A stretch of 64,000 bases of DNA, from IMG/VR virus record IMGVR_UViG_3300002839_000006, positions 1 to 64,000 of that record; one strand, given 5' to 3'. A program made the translations under genes and the position numbers. The DNA is from a virus. Its lineage: Duplodnaviria; Caudoviricetes. Shown piece by piece: positions 37,029 through 46,756 of this stretch; positions within the stretch are counted from its first letter, which is position 1; each line of letters begins with the position of its first letter. Below the pieces are notes generated by a model, which saw nothing but the letters and a program-made list of their open reading frames with translations, did not search any database and had not been told where the DNA came from.

Positions 37029-37583
37029 TTATTCTTTTACAGTATTTAAAATAGTTACTGCAATTGCTACTTGTTCTTCGGTTAATCCTTCCATAGAATT
37101 ACACTGTATGAAGTGATCTTTGTGTTCTAATAACATATCTGTGTCATCATCCAATATTATATAATTCCACTCTTTCCCTATTTCTTTTCTTTTCCAATCC
37201 TTACCATTATTTGAATGTATGTTTGTATCTATCCACTGTTTTATTTCTACTCCTCTTGGAATAGATAAATGAACACCCTTCTCAATATAGTGGTAAGCTC
37301 TTATTGTTATCCCTATTATTCTTTTACTGAATAAGAAGCCTTTCTTGGTCATGTATTCTCTTGTCTCTTCTAAATCAGACTTTCTCCAACAAGAAGTTAA
37401 TACAATCTCAGCATCTGTAGCAGCTAAAATATCTGATAATAATTCTTGTTTTTTATCTGATAATCCCCATAATCCACCGCTGTCATCTGCTATTGCAATT
37501 ACCCCATCAATATCAAGAAATATTATCTTTCTCATCCTCTTTTTATTTTTCTTGTGGTTCATCAAATGGTGTGCCAAAATCAC
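37029..37583 (-). CDS. HAD-superfamily protein (Swiss-Army-knife RNA-repair HAD type)
   Basis: IIFLDIDGVI, IVLTSCWR, RGVEIKQW and YIILDDDTDM motifs. Confidence 0.8.
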   Translation of the reverse strand: MILAHHLMNHKKNKKRMRKIIFLDIDGVIAIADDSGGLWGLSDKKQELLSDILAATDAEIVLTSCWRKSDLEETREYMTKKGFLFSKRIIGITIRAYHYIEKGVHLSIPRGVEIKQWIDTNIHSNNGKDWKRKEIGKEWNYIILDDDTDMLLEHKDHFIQCNSMEGLTEEQVAIAVTILNTVKE

Positions 37584-37779
37584 TTACCTTTGTTATCTTT
37601 ATTCCTCTTTCTACTTCTTTCTTAATGAATAGTTCTTTATACTTCTGATATTCCCTAACCCAACCAGTTAATCCACATTCCTTTAACTTCATAAAGGTTA
37701 TTATCCTATACACAGTTTCAAGCAGCTTATCTGCAGCACTTATCTGATCATTCATCTTCTTTAGTTGTTCTTCACTCAT
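37543..37779 (-). CDS. Hypothetical protein
   Basis: ORF track. Confidence 0.5.
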   Translation of the reverse strand: MSEEQLKKMNDQISAADKLLETVYRIITFMKLKECGLTGWVREYQKYKELFIKKEVERGIKITKVSDFGTPFDEPQEK

Positions 37780-37831
37780 ATTCTTTTATTTTTATTCATC
37801 TTCATCATTATCAAACAAATCAATTGAAAAT

Positions 37832-38071
37832 TCATTCACCTTCACTCTTTTCATTTTCTCTGAAATATTCCATCAAATTTGGTCCCAACTTTTCAATAGC
37901 TATATTAATCTTTGGTCTATAACACTTTTCAAGATCATAAATCATTGATTCAATAAAACACAATACATTGTATATCTCTTCATTTGATGATTTGTTATTT
38001 ACTTTAAATCGCTTTATACTGCCTGACTCTTCAACTTCCCTAATCAGCTTTATTATTTCTTTCTTATCCAT
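37832..38071 (-). CDS. Hypothetical protein
   Basis: ORF track. Confidence 0.5.
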   Translation of the reverse strand: MDKKEIIKLIREVEESGSIKRFKVNNKSSNEEIYNVLCFIESMIYDLEKCYRPKINIAIEKLGPNLMEYFRENEKSEGE

Positions 38072-38214
38072 CTCCCTACCCTTTATTTATTTTCTCCAAC
38101 TCAGCCCTTAATTCTTGATCAACCAATAGATACTCTTCATATGTAATGATATTGTTTAGATATCTAATACAATTGTACATTGTTTTAAAGTCCAACCCTA
38201 TCCTCTTGAACCCA

Positions 38215-38577
38215 TTAGTTATTCTCTTCATAGTCGTATGTCTTTGGTATCATGTACGAGTTACTCTTCTCTTCTATCTCTCTTCTTAGTTCTTCTTCAT
38301 ATGCCAATCTTTGTTCCAGACTTCCCTTCCCCAGATGCTCTTCCTTTAATTCAGTAGAGCCCATCTCTTTCTGTGTTTCAATGTCAAGCTGTTTCATAAG
38401 ATAAGTTTTAAATTCTAACTGCTCTGATATTCTGTTATCATAATCGTTTAAAAGATTCAATGATTCAAGAAACTCTTTATTTGGTTTCCGCTTTATAATG
38501 TTTTTACATCCATCAAATATATCTATATTTATCTCTGCTCTCCTTAATAATCTTTCTACTATTTGTCTATCTGTCAT
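38215..38577 (-). CDS. Hypothetical protein
   Basis: ORF track. Confidence 0.55.
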   Translation of the reverse strand: MTDRQIVERLLRRAEINIDIFDGCKNIIKRKPNKEFLESLNLLNDYDNRISEQLEFKTYLMKQLDIETQKEMGSTELKEEHLGKGSLEQRLAYEEELRREIEEKSNSYMIPKTYDYEENN

Positions 38578-38599
38578 CCCTGTTTGTTTTTAATTGTTG

Positions 38600-38673
38600 T
38601 AGTGAATAATGGACTCGAACCATTGACCTTCTGTGTATCGGACAGATACTCTAACCAACTGAGTTAATTCACT
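38600..38673 (-). tRNA. tRNA-Ile(GAU), C at position 33
   Basis: AGTGAAT/ATTCACT acceptor, ACTC/GAGT D stem, TCTGT-CCGATAC-ACAGA anticodon arm, AATGG-TTCGAGT-CCATT T arm. Confidence 0.85.
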
Positions 38674-38869
38674 TCTTCTTTAATTGTTTTCTTTCCCGCT
38701 CTCTTCTTTCTCTTCTAGACTCCTTTATACCTTGTTTAAAATTACTTGCACTTATTGTTAGTGTGCTCTCTGTAATAGGTTTTATATCATCAAGATTTTG
38801 TAGAAATCCATATGGTACACCACTTTCAATATTCTCTATGGTTTCTTTAGATAGTTCTGTTTCTTTCAT
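38669..38869 (-). CDS. Small protein with basic C-terminal tail
   Basis: ORF; stop codon overlaps the tRNA 5' end. Confidence 0.55.
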   Translation of the reverse strand: MKETELSKETIENIESGVPYGFLQNLDDIKPITESTLTISASNFKQGIKESRRERRERERKQLKKK

Positions 38870-39099
38870 ATTGATTTTCCTTTATAATTTTCCAAAAACT
38901 TCCTTTTCTCTTCTTCAATATCGCAACCCTTATCTCTAAGTATTACTAAGCTGCCAATTTGTATCTTAATCTTATCATCAATAGGTGGAGACATTGCAAT
39001 TGCCTTCTCTCGTCCCTTCTTCCACTTTACTAATGCTTCATCAAACTTTACTGCTCCCCGAGTATCTTTCCTCCTCGACTTCCATGTTGAATCTTTCAT
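38866..39099 (-). CDS. Hypothetical protein
   Basis: ATGA overlap. Confidence 0.55.
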   Translation of the reverse strand: MKDSTWKSRRKDTRGAVKFDEALVKWKKGREKAIAMSPPIDDKIKIQIGSLVILRDKGCDIEEEKRKFLENYKGKSI

Positions 39100-39316
39100 T
39101 TTTCTTCTCCCTTTCTATTTTTAACCTTAGTGAATTATTTTCACTCTCTATCATTCTTAATTTAACCTCTAATTGTTTGTTGACTAACTTTGAATATTCT
39201 TCCATTATATATCTTAACATTGAACCACTCATCCCAGAATTATCTTCAGCATACTCTAAATAGTTCTGTTCTATAAATTGCCTTGCTCTTATCATTGTTT
39301 TAAACGTGTTAGACAA
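39041..39316 (-). CDS. Hypothetical coiled-coil protein
   Basis: ORF track. Confidence 0.5.
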   Translation of the reverse strand: MSNTFKTMIRARQFIEQNYLEYAEDNSGMSGSMLRYIMEEYSKLVNKQLEVKLRMIESENNSLRLKIEREKKNERFNMEVEEERYSGSSKV

Positions 39317-39402
39317 AGTATTTTTATTTCTTAATGGATTATATCACTCTTTAAATAAAATGTATTAGAACTCTTTAGAATAAGTTTCTTGCATATAAAT
39401 TG

Positions 39403-39606
39403 TTATATCACCTTACTCTTATTTAGAAGATAGTTCATTATTCGTTTTACTCTACTTGTCTTTTTCTCAACAAATATAAAGTACTTTCTGTCCCTTGCCT
39501 GTTTCATACATTCTCTTCTCTTTTCAGTAGGACATACGGAAGGCTTTCTATAGAAGCAACCAGTACATGAGAATTGCTCTACTTGTTTAAGTTCTATCTG
39601 TACCAT
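39403..39606 (-). CDS. Small Cys-rich protein
   Basis: SCTGCFY..C..C..YFIFVE; paralog-like to 32877..33119. Confidence 0.55.
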   Translation of the reverse strand: MVQIELKQVEQFSCTGCFYRKPSVCPTEKRRECMKQARDRKYFIFVEKKTSRVKRIMNYLLNKSKVI

Positions 39607-39901
39607 AATGCTTATCTTTACTTACCATTTCAAAAACTTCTTTCTGAACTTCTGCCAGTTTCTCCATTGTTATATCTTTATCAAAGAAGATTCTCACCTC
39701 ATATTCATCACAATTATTTGGCATGAATAAAAAGTAATAATCTTTAGATATTGCAGATTTATCAGTCCCCTTTACTATAGCATCATATTCTGCCATATTA
39801 GTTTTAGGTGGCAGCTTTACTACTATTACTGGTTTTCTCTCACCGTTTGGGTTGATTATTGTCTTTGTCATCTTATCAGTTTTTTGAGAACAATGCTGCA
39901 A
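39587..39901 (-). CDS. Hypothetical protein
   Basis: ORF track. Confidence 0.5.
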   Translation of the reverse strand: MQHCSQKTDKMTKTIINPNGERKPVIVVKLPPKTNMAEYDAIVKGTDKSAISKDYYFLFMPNNCDEYEVRIFFDKDITMEKLAEVQKEVFEMVSKDKHYGTDRT

Positions 39902-40076
39902 TGATTACAAATACTACTAAAATGAATATTCCTAAAGACAATCCAATCCACAATGGACTTAATACCCACCACCATGACCAATCAATCTGGTGAAGTAATT
40001 TAAGAACTATAAAAACAATTGTTAACAAGCCTGTGAAGCCTATTCCTGAACTTGATGATGAACTTGATCCTGACAT
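39876..40076 (-). CDS. Small conserved phage transmembrane protein
   Basis: GIGFTGLLTIVFIVLKL..IDWSWWWVLSPLW motif. Confidence 0.75.
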   Translation of the reverse strand: MSGSSSSSSSGIGFTGLLTIVFIVLKLLHQIDWSWWWVLSPLWIGLSLGIFILVVFVIIAALFSKN

Positions 40077-40081
40077 ACTCT

Positions 40082-40342
40082 TTACTTTTTATAGGTGATT
40101 TTAAGTGATTTAGGACTGTATCCTTTATTTATATAATTCTTTTTCATTACTTGTAGCAGGGCAAACGGTTTGTTCTCTTCAAGAATATTTACTGCCCTTG
40201 GTTGTAATACTGATGAACCATTAATGACTACTGACTTGTATAATATCTCTACCAGATCACCATGTGTTGGCTTCTCCTTCTTTGGTTCTATACCATGAGC
40301 TTTGTGTAGTCCAAACTCTCTTTTTTGTTTTTCAGTTACCAT
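40082..40342 (-). CDS. Hypothetical protein
   Basis: ORF track. Confidence 0.55.
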   Translation of the reverse strand: MVTEKQKREFGLHKAHGIEPKKEKPTHGDLVEILYKSVVINGSSVLQPRAVNILEENKPFALLQVMKKNYINKGYSPKSLKITYKK

Positions 40343-40344
40343 GA

Positions 40345-40518
40345 TTATTCAGAATCAGATAAATCATCATCCCCAATCCACCACGTATCCAAATCACTAT
40401 TTTCAGCCTTATAATGATCAGTATATAACTGTATAATAGTTACAATAGACCCTATTTTAAACTGATGGTGACAACTATTTGCTATCACTTTTACTTTGTC
40501 TCCTACTTTGTACTTCAT
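40345..40518 (-). CDS. Small SH3/KOW-like protein (57 aa)
   Basis: Manual ORF MKYKVGDKVKVIAN...; follows promoter motif at 40543-40604. Confidence 0.55.
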   Translation of the reverse strand: MKYKVGDKVKVIANSCHHQFKIGSIVTIIQLYTDHYKAENSDLDTWWIGDDDLSDSE

Positions 40519-40614
40519 CTTCTGTTCTTTTAAATTATGGCTTAAAATTAAATAAAATATTAATCACTTTTATCTTTTGTGTTAAAAATAATTCTTATTT
40601 ATAAAGATTATTAA

Positions 40615-40923
40615 TTACTTACCACATCCATCACTATCATTAAATCTTACTCTTCTAAGTTCTTCTCTTAAGAATTTAAGATAAGTTAGTCTTGCATATT
40701 CAACAGCATCTTCTACCTTTTTAAATTCCTTAGCAGGCACTTCCATATCTCCAGAGCGCATTGGATGATCTGTTACTAACCATCTACCAATAATAGAAGA
40801 CTTGAATGATTTTGTGTCTTCATCATAATACTCAACTGGTTCTGATGAACAAAATACTTGTATAGGTAAAGCTACCTTGACATCCTGAAATCCCAATTCA
40901 TCTGTAACTATTTCAAACTCCAT
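40615..40923 (-). CDS. Hypothetical protein
   Basis: ORF track. Confidence 0.55.
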   Translation of the reverse strand: MEFEIVTDELGFQDVKVALPIQVFCSSEPVEYYDEDTKSFKSSIIGRWLVTDHPMRSGDMEVPAKEFKKVEDAVEYARLTYLKFLREELRRVRFNDSDGCGK

Positions 40924-41098
40924 CTTCTTTCTTCTTTTTAGAATAAATGTGTCTTACTACTTCCTTACCATTAATCATCTCTCTCTTCATACTGATATAA
41001 AGATTATATTCTCTCTCTTTAAGAATCTTTAATATTTCAGTAGCCTGTTTCCTGTTCTGATTGTTAATAAAATCTGTACCAATTTCAAAGTTAGCCAT
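40913..41098 (-). CDS. Hypothetical protein
   Basis: ORF track. Confidence 0.5.
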   Translation of the reverse strand: MANFEIGTDFINNQNRKQATEILKILKEREYNLYISMKREMINGKEVVRHIYSKKKKEDGV

Positions 41099-41132
41099 TA
41101 ATAAGATTTAAGTCTTAAACCAAAATTTAATA

Positions 41133-43715
41133 TTAAGAACATTTGCTCCAACCGCAGCTTTTGCAGGTGTTACAACCGTCGGTGTGAGTCAATTCTCCTC
41201 CGCATTCAGGGCAGACTCCTTTTTCTTGTTTTATATAATTCTTTAATACCCTTGAAACTACCTTATCAAAGGAAGTTACTATAGCATATGATTCAATATC
41301 TTCTATTATCCATTTAGGATCAATATGATGCCGTAACATCATAGAATACTTACGTGTACTTACCTGATCTATATTATCTATAAGATCAATGATATTTGGA
41401 ATAGTATATGCCTTATCAGAATCAGGATCATTACCTACTAACTTATATATCCTACTCTTTATCTTAGTTACTGTCCCTTTAGTTATCTTAGTAGGGAATA
41501 GATGATTAGCTACCTCAGGGAATGCAAACACTTCGAAAGGCTTCCCGTTGTACTTACCTACCAATAGCATCCAATTCTGTTTTAGAGCTGTCTTATGGTA
41601 TATATCACACTCCAACTTCTCAGGTCTTTTAACTGCATCAATATAATTAAACTCCTTAGTAGGTTCTGTTTGTGATACCAATATCCCTGACCTGCTTCCT
41701 TCTCTATATATTGTCATACCCTTACAACCTGACTCGTATGCAGCAAGATATATTTGGTTAACTGTTTCAACAGTTGTATTCTCTGGTATGTTGCAAGTGG
41801 CTGATATTGAATGGTCTACCCACTTTTGTATGCTTCCTTGCATCTTAACTTTATTAACCCAATTAACATCGTCAGAAGTTGCCTTGTAGTAGGGGGACTT
41901 AGTTATAAGTAGGTCTAACTCTTCCCGAGTATACATGTCAAGTGGCTTCTTGAAGTCCAAATTAAATAGTTCTGGACTTGTTTTATACCAGTTCACATCA
42001 TACCACTCTTCAAACTTGTGGTGGAAAACATTATACTCAACAAACATTTCACCCTGTTCATCAGTGAAAGTTGCAAGAGCTTTATCGGTTGTTCTCCTTC
42101 TCCTTTTATAATATATTTTGAAGCAAGGTTCTACCCCTGAAGTAGTTTGGGTCATTAAAGAAACTGTACCTGCAGGTGCTATAGTGAGATTAGCAATATT
42201 CCTTCTCCCTGATTCTTTATATAGGCTACTTATAGTTATTGAATCTTGATTTATCTCATTCATTACTCTTTGTATGAATGGATTGTGCTTCTCTGCTTCT
42301 TCTGACCAATCCTTAAAACAACCTCTTTCACTTGCCATTACTATGGATGACATGTATGAGTTGACTGCTAAAGTTTTGTGCACGTTGGTTGAGAATTCAA
42401 TAGCTCCTTCTGAACCATATACAAAATTCATAGCAGCCAACATATCTCCCTCTCCAGTTATACCTAACCCTGTTCTACGTCCCTCTACTGCTTGTTGTCT
42501 TATCTTTCTCCAGAGGTTCATCTCAACAGACTTTATATTATCTGACTCTGGATCATTTGCTATTTTATCTGTTATCTTATCTATCTTTTCTATTTCAAGA
42601 TCAACAAGATCATCCATCAACCTTTGCGCTATCCTAACGTGTTGTTCAAATTGATGATAATTAAATGCACAGTTATCTTGAAATGGGTTTATAACATATG
42701 AATAAAGGTTTAAAAGGAGTAGTCTACAACTGTCGTATCTTGCCAAACTCAATTCAGAACATGGGTTAACACCTACTGTTTCGAACTGTTCATAACAATC
42801 TGCAGGGGACTCTGTGATAATTTTATCCCAAAACAAAATTCCTGGTTCTGCTGATTTCCAAGAATTATACATTAACTTATCCCACAGTTTCTTTGCCTTT
42901 ATTTTCTTTACATAAACTATATCCCCTCTATGACTAAACTCATCATTGTAAAACATATGCTCTTCAAGTTTGTCATATTCCATTCTTGACCTATCAGTAT
43001 ATCCAGATATATCATAACCAATTGGAAATGTTTGGTAGAAATCAGCATCTCCCTTCACTGCATCCATAAACTCATCAGTAATACGTAAAGATATGTTAGC
43101 ATCATTTATATTGCCACCCTCCAACTTGGAATCAATAAACCTTTCTGCATCTGGATGTTGACATGACATACTCAACATTAATGCCCCTCTTCTGTCACCC
43201 TGCCTTACTTCCTTGGTTGAATTAGAATACCTCTGTGCATATAATATTGACCCTGCCATATCAGATAGTACCGAGTTATTTGCCATTGAACCATTAGGTC
43301 TCAGATGTGATAAATCGTGTCCTACTCCACCCCTTCTCTTTGCTATCTGTACTTGTTCCTCATCTGCTCTCATTATTGAACCGTAGGAGTCACCGTTCTC
43401 CCCTATAACAAAACAATTAGACAGAGAGATAATAAGATTATCATTCCCTATACCTGTCATTGGACTGCCTTGTGGTACTATATACTTGAAGTCTTTGAAT
43501 AGTTGGTAAATCTCTTCTTCTGAAATAGGGTGGGGATAATTCTTTTCTATCCTTGCAAATTCTTTCGCTAAACGTCGATGTATATCGTCAGGTGTTGATT
43601 CTAAAATATTTCCATGTTTGTCCTTCATAAAATATTTATCAATACAAACCTGGGAAGCTAAATTGTCTCCTTTAAAATATTCTAAAACTTTGGGTAGTAT
43701 TTCTTCTTTAGTCAT
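41133..43715 (-). CDS. nrdJ: Class II (adenosylcobalamin-dependent) ribonucleotide reductase
   Basis: LSNCFV, RRGALM, NPCSEL, IAPAGTVS and VDHSISATCN motifs; C-terminal TSCPD-like and Zn-ribbon parts; no nrdB partner nearby. Confidence 0.88.
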   Translation of the reverse strand: MTKEEILPKVLEYFKGDNLASQVCIDKYFMKDKHGNILESTPDDIHRRLAKEFARIEKNYPHPISEEEIYQLFKDFKYIVPQGSPMTGIGNDNLIISLSNCFVIGENGDSYGSIMRADEEQVQIAKRRGGVGHDLSHLRPNGSMANNSVLSDMAGSILYAQRYSNSTKEVRQGDRRGALMLSMSCQHPDAERFIDSKLEGGNINDANISLRITDEFMDAVKGDADFYQTFPIGYDISGYTDRSRMEYDKLEEHMFYNDEFSHRGDIVYVKKIKAKKLWDKLMYNSWKSAEPGILFWDKIITESPADCYEQFETVGVNPCSELSLARYDSCRLLLLNLYSYVINPFQDNCAFNYHQFEQHVRIAQRLMDDLVDLEIEKIDKITDKIANDPESDNIKSVEMNLWRKIRQQAVEGRRTGLGITGEGDMLAAMNFVYGSEGAIEFSTNVHKTLAVNSYMSSIVMASERGCFKDWSEEAEKHNPFIQRVMNEINQDSITISSLYKESGRRNIANLTIAPAGTVSLMTQTTSGVEPCFKIYYKRRRRTTDKALATFTDEQGEMFVEYNVFHHKFEEWYDVNWYKTSPELFNLDFKKPLDMYTREELDLLITKSPYYKATSDDVNWVNKVKMQGSIQKWVDHSISATCNIPENTTVETVNQIYLAAYESGCKGMTIYREGSRSGILVSQTEPTKEFNYIDAVKRPEKLECDIYHKTALKQNWMLLVGKYNGKPFEVFAFPEVANHLFPTKITKGTVTKIKSRIYKLVGNDPDSDKAYTIPNIIDLIDNIDQVSTRKYSMMLRHHIDPKWIIEDIESYAIVTSFDKVVSRVLKNYIKQEKGVCPECGGELTHTDGCNTCKSCGWSKCS

Positions 43716-43717
43716 TC

Positions 43718-44179
43718 TTAGTTTTCTATTGGTTCAAACACTTCGACAGTTCTTATTCCATGATATATATCTTCATAATGAGGATATTTAATATTGATAT
43801 TCATTGGATTAGGATCATGAACAATATTAAAATCTTTATCTACAACTACAGCATGTAATATACCACTCAACTCTCCATTGGTGTTATATTTAGGACTACA
43901 CACTGTCGCATAAAATAAACCATTCACCCCATTAAACTCTTTTAATCTGTCAAGAGATGAATCTTTATGTGTCTTATCCCACATAATAGGGTTATAGAGT
44001 ACTGTCTTCCATTTATAACCCTTTGAAGCGAAATATTCTTCAAATTTCTCCCACCATTCTGTTCCTAATTCAACAAACGGTGGAACATTCTCATATTCCT
44101 CATCAAACATACTTGCAATAGATGACTGCATACAATCTCCATGTCCAATGTCTACTATTCTTTGATATACTTTCTTCAT
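43718..44179 (-). CDS. Conserved phage protein, papain-like Cys/His/Asp pattern
   Basis: GDCMQSSIAS...LHAVV...IVHDPNP. Confidence 0.5.
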   Translation of the reverse strand: MKKVYQRIVDIGHGDCMQSSIASMFDEEYENVPPFVELGTEWWEKFEEYFASKGYKWKTVLYNPIMWDKTHKDSSLDRLKEFNGVNGLFYATVCSPKYNTNGELSGILHAVVVDKDFNIVHDPNPMNINIKYPHYEDIYHGIRTVEVFEPIEN

Positions 44180-44181
44180 TC

Positions 44182-44526
44182 TTAGTTCTGGTCTATCTTA
44201 GTTAATTTTTCTGAGTCTGTTATCCATATTACTGGCATACTTTGTGGTGCTACCTCTAACTGTATTGAATTTCTGTTCATGAAGTACTTCTTGCTGAATC
44301 CACTGTACATCCTACATAATTTATCTACCAACTCTTGGAACTTATCTGATGTCATACCAACAATAATAGGTTGTAGTTTATACTCTGCATCGACCTCTTT
44401 TATATGCTGTATCTGTGCCTGTAGATGTTCTTTAAGTGTTGCATCGCTTGGGAGATACTCTTGGAATGGTTCAAAGTCTGTTACATCCTTCCTATATCCC
44501 TTACTATCATCTATGTAGTATTTCAT
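44182..44526 (-). CDS. Hypothetical protein
   Basis: ORF track. Confidence 0.55.
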   Translation of the reverse strand: MKYYIDDSKGYRKDVTDFEPFQEYLPSDATLKEHLQAQIQHIKEVDAEYKLQPIIVGMTSDKFQELVDKLCRMYSGFSKKYFMNRNSIQLEVAPQSMPVIWITDSEKLTKIDQN

Positions 44527-44529
44527 TCC

Positions 44530-45021
44530 TTATTTGAATTTATTGTTTATAGAATCCCGATATTTGTTTATCTTTTCCTTAAAATTCAAAAAGAATTCTT
44601 TACTTGTTTCATTCAATATACGAATAGTATTCTCAGTATCTTTAATTATTTCATCTACATTGGGATCATTATGCACATTAACAATCTCTTTTCTTTTTCT
44701 TTCCACTAATTTTTGTATCTCATCTTCAGTGTAAAGAACACCTGCTTCATTCAATAGGTATCTTACCCTCTTCTCTGTTTCTTTAATAGTAGGTGGAACA
44801 AACTCTTTTACTTTCTTCCATACGTTACCATTTTTGTCGTCTTTCAACATACTACAAATAGAATGTGTTAAATCTCCACATCTTTCTACACCATGTAAAT
44901 CACATAATGAACAAGGATGATTTATGAGTTCATACTCTTCTTTCCCTATCTTTATTTTTAAATTATTAATCAAAAGCTTCATTCCTTCTCTCCTTTTTCT
45001 TTTATGTTGTATACTACACAT
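44530..45021 (-). CDS. Hypothetical protein
   Basis: ORF track; likely start MKLLINN; CxxC..C..C. Confidence 0.55.
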   Translation of the reverse strand: MCSIQHKRKRREGMKLLINNLKIKIGKEEYELINHPCSLCDLHGVERCGDLTHSICSMLKDDKNGNVWKKVKEFVPPTIKETEKRVRYLLNEAGVLYTEDEIQKLVERKRKEIVNVHNDPNVDEIIKDTENTIRILNETSKEFFLNFKEKINKYRDSINNKFK

Positions 45022-46589
45022 TCTGTAGTAAGTAGTAGACCTGCTACACTGGCTGCGTTCTCCAGAGCAACCCGAGTTACCTTAGTAGGATCAATCACCC
45101 CTGTGTCAAAGAACAATTCATATTCTTCTGTGGCTACATTATAACCATGATCGATCACAAGTTCATTTGGGACGTTGATAACATTGTTAAGAATCACATC
45201 TTCTGGTAGTCCTGCATTACGCATTATCTGTCGGAAGGGTTCCTCTATGGCTTTCTTTATAATTGATACACCGAGTTTCTCATCCTCATTCTTTACTTTG
45301 ACATCTTCAAGAACTTTGATACATCTCAGTAAAGCAACACCACCACCAGGAACTATACCTTCAGTTATGGCAGCCCTTGTAGCATTAAGTGCATCGTCGA
45401 AACGATCCTTACGCTCCTTCATATCAACCTCTGATGTTCCACCTACATATATTACTGCTACACCCCCTGCCATCTTAGCAAGACGTTCCTTGAACCGTTC
45501 TTCATCATATGGACTTGGTGCATGATCAATCTGTGATCTTATTTCTTCTACCCTCTTTTTTATTTCTTCTTTATTACCTTCACCACCTATAATAGTAGTA
45601 CTGTTTGCTGAAATGATAGCCTTAGTTGCCGAACCTAATTGGTCGATGTTGATATCTTCTAACATCATCCCGAGGTTATCGTCTACCACTGTTCCACCTG
45701 TTAGTACTGCAATATCTGACATAGAGTCCTTACGACTTGAACCATATCCAGGAGCCTTCACTGCGCAAACTAATACATTACCCTTAACCTTATTTATGAT
45801 AAGTATTTGTAGTGCTGTACTATCTATCTCGTCAGTTAGAATAAGTAATGGTCTCTTCAATTCCATACTTATTTCCAATGCCCTAATAAGCTCTTGTGCT
45901 AATGAGATTCTCTTATTGTTAAGTAGGATTAAAGGCTTGTCTAAGACAGCTTCATTCCTTGATTGATCAGTTATGAAATAGGGGGATAAGAATCCCTTAG
46001 GAAACTGCATACCTTCTACTACTGATAACTCAGTTTCATATCCAGAAGCTTCTTCAATCGAAATTACGCCATCTTTTGAAACTTTCTTAATTGCCTCTGA
46101 TATATTTTTACCTATTTCCTCATCACCGTTTGCTGATATAGTGGCTACCCTTGCCATATCATCCAAATCAGTTAGTGGCTTAGAAATCTCTTTCAACTTC
46201 TCTACTACTACCTTTACTGCTTTATCTATTCCTCTTTTCAAATCCATTGGACTGGCACCTGAATTAAGGTGTTTCAATCCTGTAGTGAATATGATTTGAG
46301 CAAGTACTGTAGCAGTGGTTGTACCGTCTCCCGCATCTGAATTTGTTCGGTGTGCCACGGACTTGATCAATCTTGCCCCCATGTTTTCTATAGGATCATA
46401 AAGATCAATACTTCTCGCTACGGAGACGCCATCTTTTGTTATAATTGGTTCACCTCCATATTGTTCTATAATTACATTTCTACCCTTAGCTCCCAAAGTT
46501 ACTTTGACAGCATCAGAAACTTTTATGATGCCTGCCTTTAGTCTTTGTCTGGCATCATCTTGAAACAAAATATCTTGTGATTGATTCAT
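44979..46589 (-). CDS. groEL: Phage-encoded chaperonin GroEL
   Basis: VKVTLGAKGRNV, ITKDGVSVA, AGDGTTTATVLA, VKAPGYG, GGVAV, GIVPGGG and GVIDPTKVTRVALENAAS motifs. Confidence 0.95.
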   Translation of the reverse strand: MNQSQDILFQDDARQRLKAGIIKVSDAVKVTLGAKGRNVIIEQYGGEPIITKDGVSVARSIDLYDPIENMGARLIKSVAHRTNSDAGDGTTTATVLAQIIFTTGLKHLNSGASPMDLKRGIDKAVKVVVEKLKEISKPLTDLDDMARVATISANGDEEIGKNISEAIKKVSKDGVISIEEASGYETELSVVEGMQFPKGFLSPYFITDQSRNEAVLDKPLILLNNKRISLAQELIRALEISMELKRPLLILTDEIDSTALQILIINKVKGNVLVCAVKAPGYGSSRKDSMSDIAVLTGGTVVDDNLGMMLEDINIDQLGSATKAIISANSTTIIGGEGNKEEIKKRVEEIRSQIDHAPSPYDEERFKERLAKMAGGVAVIYVGGTSEVDMKERKDRFDDALNATRAAITEGIVPGGGVALLRCIKVLEDVKVKNEDEKLGVSIIKKAIEEPFRQIMRNAGLPEDVILNNVINVPNELVIDHGYNVATEEYELFFDTGVIDPTKVTRVALENAASVAGLLLTTECVVYNIKEKGEKE

Positions 46590-46756
46590 ATATAAAATTA
46601 GTTGTTTTAGTTTAAAATCTGTCTTTCCAGATTGCCAGTCCTGATGTAATTAACTGTTTAATTTTAACTCTCTTCCGAGAACAAGTGCAGCACCAATTTC
46701 GCATTACACCCTAAGTATCAGACAGGAACACTTTTTAGAATTACCACACCTGCTGT

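Noticed and set aside
41133-43715. Intein in RNR, helicase or ligase
   Set aside because: Lengths are ordinary, and no C-terminal HN-[CST] junction or LAGLIDADG block interrupts the conserved motifs.
46590-46756. CIRCE heat-shock operator or groES upstream of groEL
   Set aside because: No TTAGCACTC-N9-GAGTGCTAA and no GroES-like ORF. The 30-codon frame there has no recognisable similarity.
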